A stretch of DNA of 64,000 nucleotides from Candidatus Poribacteria bacterium (GTDB lineage Bacteria > Poribacteria > WGA-4E > WGA-3G), in assembly GCA_965215265.1 (NCBI GenBank), contig OZ244048.1:3520001-3584000 (forward strand), written 5' to 3'. The notes below the pieces were generated by a model that searched no databases, was not told the DNA's origin, and saw nothing but the letters and a program-made list of their open reading frames with translations. Below, piece after piece: positions 41,401 through 50,307 of this stretch; positions within the stretch are counted from its first letter, which is position 1, and each line of letters opens with the position of its first letter. Made by a program: the position numbers and the translations under genes.

Positions 41401-43481
41401 CCGTAGTTGAACTCATCGTAAATGTTTTGAACATCAACAACTTTAGTGCGCATGCCGTTTTGTGCCCGGAAGTTAGCGAGCGCTTGTACGTCTGGAATAA
41501 AAAGCGTATCTGTAATGATGATGTAATCTGCGCCGTTGTGTGTACTGCGTAAGTTGGCGGGTCTATCTTTTTGTATTTCCGGTTTTAGAAATTGTTCCCG
41601 CGTCAGCGCGATGTATTGAATTGTTGTATTCTGTGGATGCGTGTTACCGGTTTGTGTGGTATCAAAAGCGAGTTTGTAGGTGCCTGCTGCTTCCTCATTG
41701 TCCACAATAGGATAGCCGATATAGCGGGTCCCATCAACACCGTAAATCTCAATGTTGGGAGTAGAAAAGTTTTTCAACCACTTTCTGGTGTTAGTCTGTT
41801 CCGGAAAAGGGGTGATTGAAAATGGGAGGACATCCGCTTTTGCCTCAAACGTTCGCCAGTATTCGACTTCAAACCAGTTAAACATGACTCTATCCAAGGT
41901 GCCATCTGAAGCGTCTCGGAGACTGACACGAAGCGTATTTGTTCCTTCTTGCAAAAAGGAGAGTGGGATTTCCTGATTCTCAAATTGGAATTCAATTTGT
42001 CCGTTCCATAGTGGGACTTCAAACCTGCGTTTGTCATTTAACCATAAGTTGACTTGATGTGGAGTGTTAGATCTTCCGTAGAACTGCACGCGTAGTGTTG
42101 CAAATAACCCGGTGCGTGCAACGCCGGGGAGCTCGAAAGGTAACGTTTTTGAACGTGTCGGTGGTACGGATATTGCCGGTAGAGGTGTCCAGAACCAACT
42201 GTCGCTTGGAAGTTCGGGTAGCTCTGTTAGGGTAAAGAAACGTTCCTGTAGTCCTGCACCAATTTGTAAGTACTCACTTCCTTCTGCGAGGTTTGCTTCC
42301 TCAAACCTTGCAAAATGCTGATCTTTCTCAAAATGCGCGCGTGTGAGAAAGCGTTGATAGAAGGGTGGAGGTGCCCCTGTTTCTGTTAACGCATCTCCTA
42401 TATCTGCTGGGGCTGTTTTCGTCCCCATTCGGATTCCGGGGGTGCCACTCCAAGTAAGCCAATAGATGTTTTCATCAGAAAAGGGATCGAAGTAAGTGGT
42501 TTCTCCGCGGTTCCGCTGGCCATAGAAAACAATCTCATCGTCTGGGTCAAAACTTCCATCGCTTTCGCCTCGCACAAAAATAGGTATCTGTCTACCTTTG
42601 TTTGACAGTTTAAACGTAGCTGGTACGATAGAGTCAATATCTTCTACGATGGCTTTTGCCAGGTCTCGTCCGGTGATGTGGTACATTCCATCTTGGCTGA
42701 TAACTATTTTATAGTGCGGGGTGACGGGTAAAACGGTTGTAGGGGCACCAGGTGCCGGTAGGGAAGCAGCACGCCACTGTTTTGCTGTGTGTGGATTGAT
42801 AAGCATATTCTCTAACATTGCGTCGTAAACAGGCGATTCGGGGCGTAGAAACCGGTGCATCGCAGGTGGCGCGCTTCCTGAGCGGTGAAACTGCACTTCA
42901 ACGATGAGCCGATGATAGAACTTAACCTCTCCAGTTACAGGGTTATACTGTACTGGGTTCAGTTGAATTGGGAGGACTCTATTCTCTCGAATCCAGCCTG
43001 CTGCTTTGATTTCAACGGCTCTGTCAGGAAAAAAACGGTTCTTAGAAGTTGTACGTGTTCTATGTTCTAGCGCAGCTACAGTGCGTATGCGAAAGTCACT
43101 TTGAACGATGCGGAGTGTAAAATCCGCGTCAGGTGGTACCCCGATTAACGCTGATTTTACGGGCATCGGCGGCATGCCCGGCTGGGTTGTGAAATCGGCA
43201 CCGGGGAACGAAAATGGAGAAATCGGAGATGGCGGGGAAAAGGTATTCTTCTCTGTCCTCGAGGACAGAGAAGGAAAACCGAACCCCGCTAATTGTGCAT
43301 CCGGTAGTGCAGCAACATTAAAATCAGTTTCCGGGATAATGAGTTGAATTTTTATGCTGTGCACGGTCGCACTGAGCAGTTCAATCTCTCCGCTTGACCG
43401 TGCAGTTTTTTTTCCATGTACACCGAACGTGGCTATGCCTAAGAGTAATAGAATCGTCGTGAATAAAAAGGTCTGTTTCAT
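38454..43481 (-). CDS. Large secreted C25 (gingipain/PorU-like) cysteine peptidase with C-terminal FlgD-Ig/T9SS-like domain
   Basis: Propeptide, DYIII, IYDEF, IGRIP, NYIGHG (His), MTCYT (Cys), LFGDP; NFPNPF..IYTLTG..LANGVYLY C-terminus. Confidence 0.88.
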   Translation of the reverse strand: MKQTFLFTTILLLLGIATFGVHGKKTARSSGEIELLSATVHSIKIQLIIPETDFNVAALPDAQLAGFGFPSLSSRTEKNTFSPPSPISPFSFPGADFTTQPGMPPMPVKSALIGVPPDADFTLRIVQSDFRIRTVAALEHRTRTTSKNRFFPDRAVEIKAAGWIRENRVLPIQLNPVQYNPVTGEVKFYHRLIVEVQFHRSGSAPPAMHRFLRPESPVYDAMLENMLINPHTAKQWRAASLPAPGAPTTVLPVTPHYKIVISQDGMYHITGRDLAKAIVEDIDSIVPATFKLSNKGRQIPIFVRGESDGSFDPDDEIVFYGQRNRGETTYFDPFSDENIYWLTWSGTPGIRMGTKTAPADIGDALTETGAPPPFYQRFLTRAHFEKDQHFARFEEANLAEGSEYLQIGAGLQERFFTLTELPELPSDSWFWTPLPAISVPPTRSKTLPFELPGVARTGLFATLRVQFYGRSNTPHQVNLWLNDKRRFEVPLWNGQIEFQFENQEIPLSFLQEGTNTLRVSLRDASDGTLDRVMFNWFEVEYWRTFEAKADVLPFSITPFPEQTNTRKWLKNFSTPNIEIYGVDGTRYIGYPIVDNEEAAGTYKLAFDTTQTGNTHPQNTTIQYIALTREQFLKPEIQKDRPANLRSTHNGADYIIITDTLFIPDVQALANFRAQNGMRTKVVDVQNIYDEFNYGIVNPYAVREFLKYAYQNWQPPAPTYVFLVGDTHNSPKTHPNFVPTIQVQIPGYGSSASDHQFVTFRGDDSFPDMLIGRIPATNRVDVRTFVEHAINYETNAEIGPWQKRLLMLAGTDWRFHSQTEGLLKQNEIRSKYEITPIYAPITQTETASEQNNLFVGRQVIDAFNDGVSIVNYIGHGAGGVWSSSRMLDLEDPEQNLTNIAQLPFVISMTCYTAHFDGNSSCLAEELLRSQNGGAIAVIGGTSIGLLDGDYILNRAIFDVIFKDKTSHIGAILAEAKTLFLINAPSYFDLAEVFTLFGDPATQLRLPHTQMKLTADIDQTSMMVSGALANHNFTGNAEIVVFPRSLQSSRDTEIEPPPPERETVPVVNGQFTTEILLPANSQFDNGNIQAYAWNTEEDAIGYANYNALQRYLDNVRIVPYPVEPEQPVHLYTEVRNKNDIEAMTLFWSLDGFEFETIPVVQHTGSTYRSEQPIPGYPARELIDYYLEVEVRGGKTFQTEIETYEFGLIDVDLTILQETIAWNIEPPFTLSAQIRNRATMPARDVSVHFFQMPTQADTGTTTPTLEALQNATQIGEVQMLAEVLPETHVIVSVPWQPPLGNYLVTVVIDLPSQAHPKGNIIERRELNNIAARQFKNNRILLTPKHREITSVDGALHLSVSPESLQSSTVMTFEQRELSIANQPDIFPIVEINASGETVADASVAYHFSVNEPAELKATASFIKPANSDAHIYMLHAETRNWIRIGNETLTDEKISTQVTLPGTFALLSHADSRPPILEMTVEHQGFIDGDYVSKSPTISARIEDANGIDPRTENLLITKNGARVPQDEYVIASSPVNSRVLLVTYTPVLEAGEYRIRLQAQDANGNPASTEHTANVAGEFAIKNIANFPNPFRPGRGTDFAYYLTERADQVSLKIYTLTGRLISTIDTLDASVSYNEFHYDGIDADGEPLANGVYLYKFTARKDDKRKQKVGKIVVLK

Positions 43482-43487
43482 ACTTTT

Positions 43488-43766
43488 ATATATTTCCGTA
43501 CCATAAAGGGTTATGTTGTGTTAAATCCGATGTAGATCTCGTCGGAGGTTCCTGATGTAATGAATCTAAACCTAGAAGAGCTCAGACGAGTGGCAGGATA
43601 GGTAAGTTTACGAAACGAAATTGAGGGTGGTGCCCGCCCACCCGAATCCTTCTTTGTTTCTCCTGAAACCTGAGGTCAATACCTTACCCGTCAACCCAAT
43701 GGGTGGCGAGTAAAAGGTAGTGATAGCGTGTCCTTCAGGACTCGCGATACTACCTATCTCGCCACT
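43488..43766. repeat. Family-A core (43488-43541) followed by a nested family-B palindrome cluster
   Basis: 54-bp core plus extension; GTGGCAGGATAGGTA, CCCACCCGAATCC, CCCAATGGG, GCGTGTCC..GGACTCGC motifs. Confidence 0.8.
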
Positions 43767-44370
43767 AATTTCGGGCGAGGTGGTAAACTTCAATCTCCCG
43801 GAGTTGGGCGATTGCAGGCTGTACGACTCGATAGTGCGGGTAGTACTGGCCGGCAAGTGTTGTGCGCCGGTCTAATACTTTATCGCCGGGCTCGGCAATA
43901 ATTTTGTTAACGATGATATCATCCACAGTGCGAGTGACGGTTACCCGAAGCATCTGGGTTTGAAAGTTCAATCGATCAAAGACGAACGTCGGTTGGGCAC
44001 TTTCTCCATCGAGATTGCGTCGCTGGATGATGGAATCAAAGGTTTCCCATTCACCGGTCTCCTCATTCAAATAGTCCATCTCGAACCGGAACAAGTTTCC
44101 GTTGTGGATGATAATTTTTCGTACTGGCTTGATTTCAGCAAATCGAATGATAAAGTTCCGATCATTTCGAGCTGGGAGAGTCGCTAAAGTTTCAACATTA
44201 CCGTCGTTTAAGCCGGGGTGGTTCGCTTCTGTGCCGTAATTTGTGAGGGCCATGTTTTCGCTGTACCGGGTTGATAAAACCTCAACGATTCTACAAGCGT
44301 TGAGTTGTAAGCAGATAATTAGAAGCCACAAAAGTATCACGGACTGGTATGCACTGCTACGGGGTACCAT
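43765..44370 (-). CDS. Putative lipoprotein with a discoidin/galactose-binding-like fold
   Basis: LNAC lipobox, N.AL..LNDG, LREIEVY; GAGGAG RBS before ATG 44370. Confidence 0.6.
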   Translation of the reverse strand: MVPRSSAYQSVILLWLLIICLQLNACRIVEVLSTRYSENMALTNYGTEANHPGLNDGNVETLATLPARNDRNFIIRFAEIKPVRKIIIHNGNLFRFEMDYLNEETGEWETFDSIIQRRNLDGESAQPTFVFDRLNFQTQMLRVTVTRTVDDIIVNKIIAEPGDKVLDRRTTLAGQYYPHYRVVQPAIAQLREIEVYHLARN

Positions 44371-44384
44371 TTTTTTCTCCTCTA

Positions 44385-44645
44385 TTTTCGTATACTGGAG
44401 CCCCATCAACGTCTCTGTTTTGATAACTCGTGTGTAAATCTCGCCAGAGCCATTCTAGGTTATGATTCTTCAATAACTTTTTTATTTTCGTATACTGGAG
44501 CCCCATCAACGTCTCTGTTTTGATAACTCGTGTGTAAATCTCGCCTTTTTCGTATATCTCCGTACCATCAACGCTTAGGTATTGACAGCTCGTGTGTAAA
44601 TCTCGTCGGAGATTCCTTAGGTTATGATTCTTCAATAACTTTTCT
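44385..44645 (-). repeat. Three tandem family-A units (cores 44390, 44490, 44552)
   Basis: The first two cores are identical at 100-bp spacing; the third is diverged; extensions GGTTATGATTCTTCAATAAC. Confidence 0.9.
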
Positions 44646-44797
44646 ATTTTTAGTCACGGTCGGGTTGGTGTGAATGTTCCATCGATTCATCGTGTTAGAG
44701 ACTTTAAACAGATTACGTTTTTCTGTATCTCTCCGTAAAGAAGTTCTCCCTGCAAGTGGCAGGATAGGTATGGCTCCCACCCACCCAAATCCTTGAG

Positions 44798-45070
44798 TTA
44801 GCCTGCAACATCAAACCGGTCTACGATACCCATCACAAGTTCACGGATAGGGGCATTCTCAACCCCGAAGACTTCTTGTGCAACGCCGGGGCCTGCTCCA
44901 ACAATTACCGTGTCACCTTCACCGGCACCAACGTAATCAACAGCAATCGTTGGCGTACGGACTACCTCGGATTTTAGGCTTAGTGGTTGGATGAGCAGCA
45001 GTGTGCGATTTTGATACGCAGAATGCTTAATAACTGAAACAACTTTGCCAATGACTTTTGCTAGGTACAT
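44798..45070 (-). CDS. EutN/CcmL bacterial microcompartment vertex protein
   Basis: MYLAKVIGKVVS..K..LLIQP..AVD.VGAG.GD.V..GIVD. Confidence 0.9.
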   Translation of the reverse strand: MYLAKVIGKVVSVIKHSAYQNRTLLLIQPLSLKSEVVRTPTIAVDYVGAGEGDTVIVGAGPGVAQEVFGVENAPIRELVMGIVDRFDVAG

Positions 45071-45115
45071 GTTTAGAATTTAGTTAATCGGATTGGACAG
45101 CATTTCTTCGTTTCT

Positions 45116-45198
45116 GTATATCTCCGTACCATCATCACTTATGTCACGATGTCTTATATGTAAATCTCGTCAGAGCCATTTGATGTATTGACTCTAAA
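45116..45198 (-). repeat. Family-A unit (core 45116-45169)
   Basis: GTATATCTCCGTACCATC...TGTAAATCTCG plus extension. Confidence 0.85.
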
Positions 45199-45236
45199 CA
45201 TCATCCGTTGGTTGAAGGTGGTATTGGTTCAGTCTC

Positions 45237-45515
45237 CTATGGTGTATCATGCAAGGAGATAGAATCTACAATGCCAACAATTGCGACATCTACCGGCATC
45301 CGTTTACCAGGTAAAACCCCTGCAGCATCACCGCCGGTGACTATGTAGACTGTTTCGCCGATTCCTGCATCTTGTAAGGTATCCACTGCAACAATTGGTG
45401 TCGAAATGGGGTTGCGTTTTTGGTCCAAAGGTTGCACGAGGAGGAGACGGGTCCCCTCTAAGCTAGGATGTTTTCGGGTTGCAATGACGGTGCCGATGAC
45501 TTTTGCTATATCCAT
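45237..45515 (-). CDS. EutN/CcmL bacterial microcompartment vertex protein
   Basis: AKVIGTVIATRKH..LLVQP..AVD..AGIGE.V..PVDVAIVGIVD. Confidence 0.92.
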   Translation of the reverse strand: MDIAKVIGTVIATRKHPSLEGTRLLLVQPLDQKRNPISTPIVAVDTLQDAGIGETVYIVTGGDAAGVLPGKRMPVDVAIVGIVDSISLHDTP

Positions 45516-45583
45516 TAGTGTTATCTTCCAATGATATAATTCATTTTTTATCTGCTTTGCTTCAGTCTATCTGGAGAAAATTT

Positions 45584-45727
45584 GTATATCTCCGTACCAT
45601 CACGCTTTATGCTTTGTTAATGACAGTGTAAATCTCGTCTTTTTGTATATCTCCGTACCATCAACGTCTGTGTTTTGATGAGCCGTGTGTAAATCCCGTC
45701 GGAGATATCTTAGGTATAGCATAAAAA
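45584..45727 (-). repeat. Two tandem family-A cores (45584-45637, 45645-45698)
   Basis: Two diverged 54-bp cores joined by a T-run. Confidence 0.88.
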
Positions 45728-45751
45728 TGTATCTGGGATAGGCGATAGCGA

Positions 45752-47194
45752 TTAGGTGAGTTCATATTCAATCAATTTTGTATGGAGCGTATTTCGGTTA
45801 ATGCCGAGTAGTTTTGCGGCCTTGCTCTGATTTTTTTTCGTATGTTCAAGTACAATTTTGAAGAGTGGTTTCTCAAAAATGGCGCGAATTTCAGCATAAA
45901 GTTCGCCATCTTCTGTTTCACGTTCTAGGTAGCGTTCAACTTGTGCGTAGAGAAGGGCATAAACCTGTTCGTCAAAATCGGCATCCTGCATGAAGGTACT
46001 GAGCTGTTCTGCCGTATCCCTTTGTGAGCTGCGTCCTACATGAGTGAAATGTTCGGGGAGTAACATCTGCCCGGAGCACATAACGAGTGAACGTTTGATG
46101 GCATTTTCTAGCTCGCGTACGTTGCCCGGCCACTCATAAACAGTGAGCTGCTCCATAGCGGCTGTTGAGATTCCGATGTGTGGTAATTTGTATTCTTCAA
46201 CAAACCTGCTGGTAAAAAGATCTACTAATTCGGGTATATCTTCTTTCCGTTCTCGGAGTGGTGGAATGACGATAGGAACAACATTCAAGCGATAATAGAG
46301 ATCTTCTCGAAATTCTTTCTGTTCGACTGCTGCTTTAAGGTGCCGGTTGGTTGCAGCAATAATCCGTACATTGACAGTGCGCAGTTCGTTTGAACCAACG
46401 GGCTCAACCTCTCGTTCTTGAAGAACACGTAAGAGTTTCATCTGTACTTCAGCAGGAAGTTCGCCGATTTCATCAAGAAAAATTGTGCCTCCATCTGCTT
46501 GTTCAAATTTCCCTGTCCGCGCTGTCCGTGCATCCGTATAAGCCCCTTTTACATGTCCAAAGAGAGCACTTTCAATGAGGGTTGGTGGGATAGCCCCACA
46601 ATCAACAATGACAAAGGGATTGTCGGCGCGCGGGCTATTGCGGTGAATCAGTTGCGACACCAATTCCTTGCCTGTTCCGCTTTCGCCAAGAATGAGCACA
46701 GTCTCGTCACTCACAGCGGCTCTACCTATCAGTTGGTAAACTGCCTGCATCGCGCTGCTCTGTCCGACTATCTTGCCTTGCCGCTCGATTTCAACAGGGA
46801 GCTGCGAAGTTTGTGCGTGCTTAGTTTGGTTTGAAGCCGATGCAGCACGTCCTACTAAATCCAGCAGTTGCTTTGTATCGACGGGTTTGGTAAGATATCC
46901 ATAAGCACGTTGCTTTGCTGCATCTATCGCGGTTTGCGTAGTGCCGTGGGCAGTGACGATAATAATTGAGGCACTCTTATTGTACTTCTGAATCTCCGTG
47001 ATTAATTCTAGTCCGTTCGCATCGCCCAAAAAGATGTCAAGTAGAATCACATCTGCATCCACTTTTTGAACAACGGCGAGTGTCTCTTTTCCATTTCGGG
47101 CTTTGACTGTATGGTAACCTGCCTTCTCAAGGACGGCAGCAAAGACGCGGCGGAGACTCTCATCGTCATCAGCAATAAGCACTAAGTTTTCCAT
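45752..47194 (-). CDS. Sigma-54-type response regulator (REC-AAA-Fis HTH, NtrC-like)
   Basis: IADDD, LLD, GESGTGKE, FLDEIGE, WPGNVREL, GINRNTL; true start MENL at 47194 (the upstream ORF extension is repeat-derived). Confidence 0.92.
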   Translation of the reverse strand: MENLVLIADDDESLRRVFAAVLEKAGYHTVKARNGKETLAVVQKVDADVILLDIFLGDANGLELITEIQKYNKSASIIIVTAHGTTQTAIDAAKQRAYGYLTKPVDTKQLLDLVGRAASASNQTKHAQTSQLPVEIERQGKIVGQSSAMQAVYQLIGRAAVSDETVLILGESGTGKELVSQLIHRNSPRADNPFVIVDCGAIPPTLIESALFGHVKGAYTDARTARTGKFEQADGGTIFLDEIGELPAEVQMKLLRVLQEREVEPVGSNELRTVNVRIIAATNRHLKAAVEQKEFREDLYYRLNVVPIVIPPLRERKEDIPELVDLFTSRFVEEYKLPHIGISTAAMEQLTVYEWPGNVRELENAIKRSLVMCSGQMLLPEHFTHVGRSSQRDTAEQLSTFMQDADFDEQVYALLYAQVERYLERETEDGELYAEIRAIFEKPLFKIVLEHTKKNQSKAAKLLGINRNTLHTKLIEYELT

Positions 47195-47200
47195 TTTTTT

Positions 47201-47345
47201 GTATATCTCCGTACCATCAACGTCTAGGTAATGATAGCTCGTGTGTAAATCTCGTTTTTTTGTATATTTCAGCCCGATAACGCCTGATGTATTGTCAATG
47301 ACTGTGTAAATCTCGTCGGAACCGTTCGATGTATTGTCTCTAAGA
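47201..47345 (-). repeat. Two tandem family-A cores (47201-47254, 47262-47315) between the kinase and the regulator
   Basis: 54-bp cores; GGAGATATACAAAAAA runs straight into the regulator ATG. Confidence 0.9.
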
Positions 47346-47357
47346 TGCAACTTCATC

Positions 47358-48971
47358 TTACCTGCCACCCATTGGGCGGGCTTCAATTCCGGGCAGTGTA
47401 ATAATAAATGCTGCGCCAACTGCCAGCCCGGCTTTTACGTCAATGCTACCGTTGTGTTCCTCAAGAATTTTTCGACTGATATAGAGCCCAAGTCCAGTGC
47501 CTTTCTGTTTTGTTGTATAGAAAGGATGGAAGAGCTGTGGCACCTCATCGGGCAAAATCCCGGGTCCCGTGTCTTGAACGCTAATGTATACTAATTTTTC
47601 CGCCTTTCGGTACTCTGTTCGAAGCGTCAGCGTTCCCCCCGCTTCCATAGCTTCTATCGCATTGTAGAATAGATTCAGGAGAACCTGCGTTATTCCATCA
47701 GGGTTAACGTTCACCTTCGGATAGGGCGACTGATATTTAGTCACTACCTGAATGGCGTACCGTTGCAATTCTGTTTCACAAATTGAGAGGCTGTCGGTAA
47801 GCAATTCGTGTATATCACAAGGTTTCGCGAATTCCATCGCTGGTTTACTGAAAGCAAGCAGCTGCTCAATAAACCGGTTGAGCCGGTCAACCTCTTTGAT
47901 AATAATTTCGGCATATTCGTCTGATTCGGATTCCGTTGTCTGCTGGAGGAGCTGCGTTCCCAAGCGTATACTGCTGAGTGGGTTACGAACCTCGTGAGCA
48001 ATTGTCCGGACTAACCTTCCGAGCGTTGCCAGACGTTCAGATTCAACAAGCGCTTCAATAGTCTGCTGGATTTTGACGCGCTGTGCGATGATGGATGCAA
48101 CAATCGTCAGTAGCTGCTGGTCATCTTCCGCTGAAAATTCGTCCGATGCCTTATCAATAGTCAAGGTTCCCACAACTTGTTCTTCGACGATAACAGGTAT
48201 ACACCAGAACGCGATTGCATCCTTTCCTCTTTTTTTTATTTCAGAGTTCCCATTTTCTGATATTTTCGTGATAACACTTGAATCTTCATCAGAAATTTCA
48301 GATCCGAGTTCGAAGAGTTTAACATAACTTCTTGGGAGTCGGGCGTGTGGGACTCCAACGGCTTTACCTGTTGCCAGTACACGTTTCTGAATATCCCCAA
48401 TCAGCCCATCAGTTCCACGTTTGAGTTCCGCCGGGGTTAGTCCGAGAACTACCTCAGCCGATGTAACAACTTTTTTCTCGTTGTAGAGATGCAAAGCTCC
48501 TCGGTAGATACCGAGGCGATTGGAGAGAATTTCAATAATCCGCTGAAAGAGTTCAGCGAGCTCAAGATTAGCATTCGCGGCTTGACTCACTTCAAAAAGC
48601 GTCGACAAATCTCTTACGCGCTTTTCTAAATCTGCATTGATATTATTTATCTGTTTCAACTGTTCTCCGTGAACGCCGCGCTCGGTTCGTAGTTGTCGGA
48701 TAATATGAATGACTCCGAGGACAAGAAACGGATAAAAAAAGGCAACGACAATGCTTTGTATTTGGATTGGCTGGTGAAAAGCATAGATTAAATTGGCTGC
48801 TGCTGTCAGCGTGAGCAAGAATTTCTGTCCCCATTCTCGATCGTATATCACAGCGAGCATCATCACGCCGTAGTAACTGTGGCTCAGTATTTGATAGTAC
48901 TGTGGCACGTGAAGTAGATATACCAGCAGATTTGAACCAAGCACTAAAAGTGCCAGCAGAAATGTTATCAT
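47358..48971 (-). CDS. Membrane GAF-domain sensor histidine kinase
   Basis: TM helices, GAF domain, AHEVRNPL, NAIEA, DTGPG, PFYTTK..GTGLGL. Confidence 0.92.
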   Translation of the reverse strand: MITFLLALLVLGSNLLVYLLHVPQYYQILSHSYYGVMMLAVIYDREWGQKFLLTLTAAANLIYAFHQPIQIQSIVVAFFYPFLVLGVIHIIRQLRTERGVHGEQLKQINNINADLEKRVRDLSTLFEVSQAANANLELAELFQRIIEILSNRLGIYRGALHLYNEKKVVTSAEVVLGLTPAELKRGTDGLIGDIQKRVLATGKAVGVPHARLPRSYVKLFELGSEISDEDSSVITKISENGNSEIKKRGKDAIAFWCIPVIVEEQVVGTLTIDKASDEFSAEDDQQLLTIVASIIAQRVKIQQTIEALVESERLATLGRLVRTIAHEVRNPLSSIRLGTQLLQQTTESESDEYAEIIIKEVDRLNRFIEQLLAFSKPAMEFAKPCDIHELLTDSLSICETELQRYAIQVVTKYQSPYPKVNVNPDGITQVLLNLFYNAIEAMEAGGTLTLRTEYRKAEKLVYISVQDTGPGILPDEVPQLFHPFYTTKQKGTGLGLYISRKILEEHNGSIDVKAGLAVGAAFIITLPGIEARPMGGR

Positions 48972-49669
48972 AGCGTTAAGAAATTGTTTAGCATTTTTAA
49001 ACCGACCTGACCGCTTTTTTCCAAGTGAAACTGAGTTGCGATAAGGTTATCGTGGGCGAGTGCGCTACAAAATTCGAGCCCGTACGTTGTCTGCCCGATC
49101 ACAACATCTGTTGCCTTTGGAACAGGATAATAGGAGTTGACGAAGTAGAAATGCGCGGGGTTTGGAATTCCTTCAAAAACCGGATGCGATCGGGTTTGAT
49201 GTACTTGATTCCAGCCGATTTGTGGGACCTTTAGTGCAAATCTTTTTTCCATTTCGAACCCGAGCGTTTTTGCTAGTGATGCTCCAGATTGTGGAGATAT
49301 TTTTTTGGTGCCCACCCACCCTTTTCCAGTCTCTCCTTTCAGGTTGGGGAATTTTTTCACGTGCCCTGGCAAGAATCCGAGGCAAGTAGTATCCTCCTCG
49401 TTACTGTGTTCAAAGAGGATCTGGATACCGATGCAGATGCCGAGCATCGGTTTACCGGTCTGATAAAAGTTCTCCAAAGTTTGGTCAAGTCCACGCTTCT
49501 GTAGCGTTTGCATCGTCGCTTTTGCTGCACCGACTCCAGGGAAGATGACCCGGTCGGCGGCTAAAATTGTTTCGGTTGCGTCTGTGATTTCATTTTCATA
49601 ACCGAGATGCGTTAAAGCGCGAGCAACACTCGTGAGGTTTCCAGCCTCATAGTCTATAATTGCAACCAT
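48968..49669 (-). CDS. hisH: Imidazole glycerol phosphate synthase glutaminase subunit (with an in-frame insertion)
   Basis: GNL.SV, PGVG, GICIG.Q, VPQIGWN, YFVNSY, QFHLEKS. Confidence 0.92.
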   Translation of the reverse strand: MVAIIDYEAGNLTSVARALTHLGYENEITDATETILAADRVIFPGVGAAKATMQTLQKRGLDQTLENFYQTGKPMLGICIGIQILFEHSNEEDTTCLGFLPGHVKKFPNLKGETGKGWVGTKKISPQSGASLAKTLGFEMEKRFALKVPQIGWNQVHQTRSHPVFEGIPNPAHFYFVNSYYPVPKATDVVIGQTTYGLEFCSALAHDNLIATQFHLEKSGQVGLKMLNNFLTL

Positions 49670-49675
49670 GATTGA

Positions 49676-50158
49676 TTAAAACCCACCTGATTCAGACATT
49701 TGTTTATAAAGATTCGCCATCTCAATTCCAGCGACAGCGGCTTCAAAACCTTTGTTCCCGGCTTTTATGCCAGCCCGTTCAAGTGCTTGTTCTATCGTAT
49801 CCGTGGTGATAACACCATAGATGACCGGAGTGCTTGTATCCATAGCGGCGTGGGCAATACCTTTAGCACTTTCGCCGGCGACATAATCAAAATGCGGTGT
49901 TTGGCCGCGAATCACTGCCCCGATACAAAGAACCGCGTCGTAACGTCCGCTTTTTGCGAGCCGTTTCGCGATGCCGGGTATCTCAAAAGCGCCGGGTATC
50001 CAAAAGACATCAACTGTGTCTAAGTTAACCCCATGGCGCTGCAGTGCATCAAGCGCGCCTGCCAAGAGTTTTTCGGTAACAAAGCTATTGAATCGGCTTA
50101 CAACGATACCGAATGTCAAACCATCGCCGTTAAGGTGTCCTTCATAAACGTTAGGCAT
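49676..50158 (-). CDS. ribH: 6,7-dimethyl-8-ribityllumazine synthase
   Basis: [27 protein letters not shown]. Confidence 0.96.
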   Translation of the reverse strand: MPNVYEGHLNGDGLTFGIVVSRFNSFVTEKLLAGALDALQRHGVNLDTVDVFWIPGAFEIPGIAKRLAKSGRYDAVLCIGAVIRGQTPHFDYVAGESAKGIAHAAMDTSTPVIYGVITTDTIEQALERAGIKAGNKGFEAAVAGIEMANLYKQMSESGGF

Positions 50159-50250
50159 GATTTGTCTCCGCCCACCCGCCCAATTCCTTCAAGTGTTTAA
50201 TATGTTTTAGTACTGTGAGCTGCTGATGTTTTTGTACTAAACCGCTTTTT

Positions 50251-50279
50251 GTATATTTCAGCCCGATAACGCCTGATGT
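50251..50279 (-). repeat. Truncated family-A unit (3' end only)
   Basis: GTATATTTCAGCCCGATAACGCCTGATGT, identical to the starts at 47262 and 63362. Confidence 0.8.
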
Positions 50280-50307
50280 TCAGTTTCGTATAGTCTCGTG
50301 CTATAAT

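Noticed and set aside
44357-44635. Repeat-encoded peptide RDLHTSYQNxDVDGTEIY as a real small protein
   Set aside because: Several cores (43488, 45584, 47262, 63362) have stop codons in that frame, so the constraint is not coding
46525-46560. GAYTDA in place of GAFTGA in the regulator
   Set aside because: Such variants are common, and the sequence alone cannot show sigma-54 independence
44385-47345. Family-A tandem copies as a CRISPR array
   Set aside because: The variable parts are homologous to each other, arrays have only 2-3 units, copies are dispersed, and no cas genes are in the window
47195-47419. N-terminal extensions predicted for the response regulator, and likewise ribBA (to 51702) and ribD (to 54000)
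   Set aside because: They translate repeats or intergenic DNA; family homology starts at the downstream ATGs
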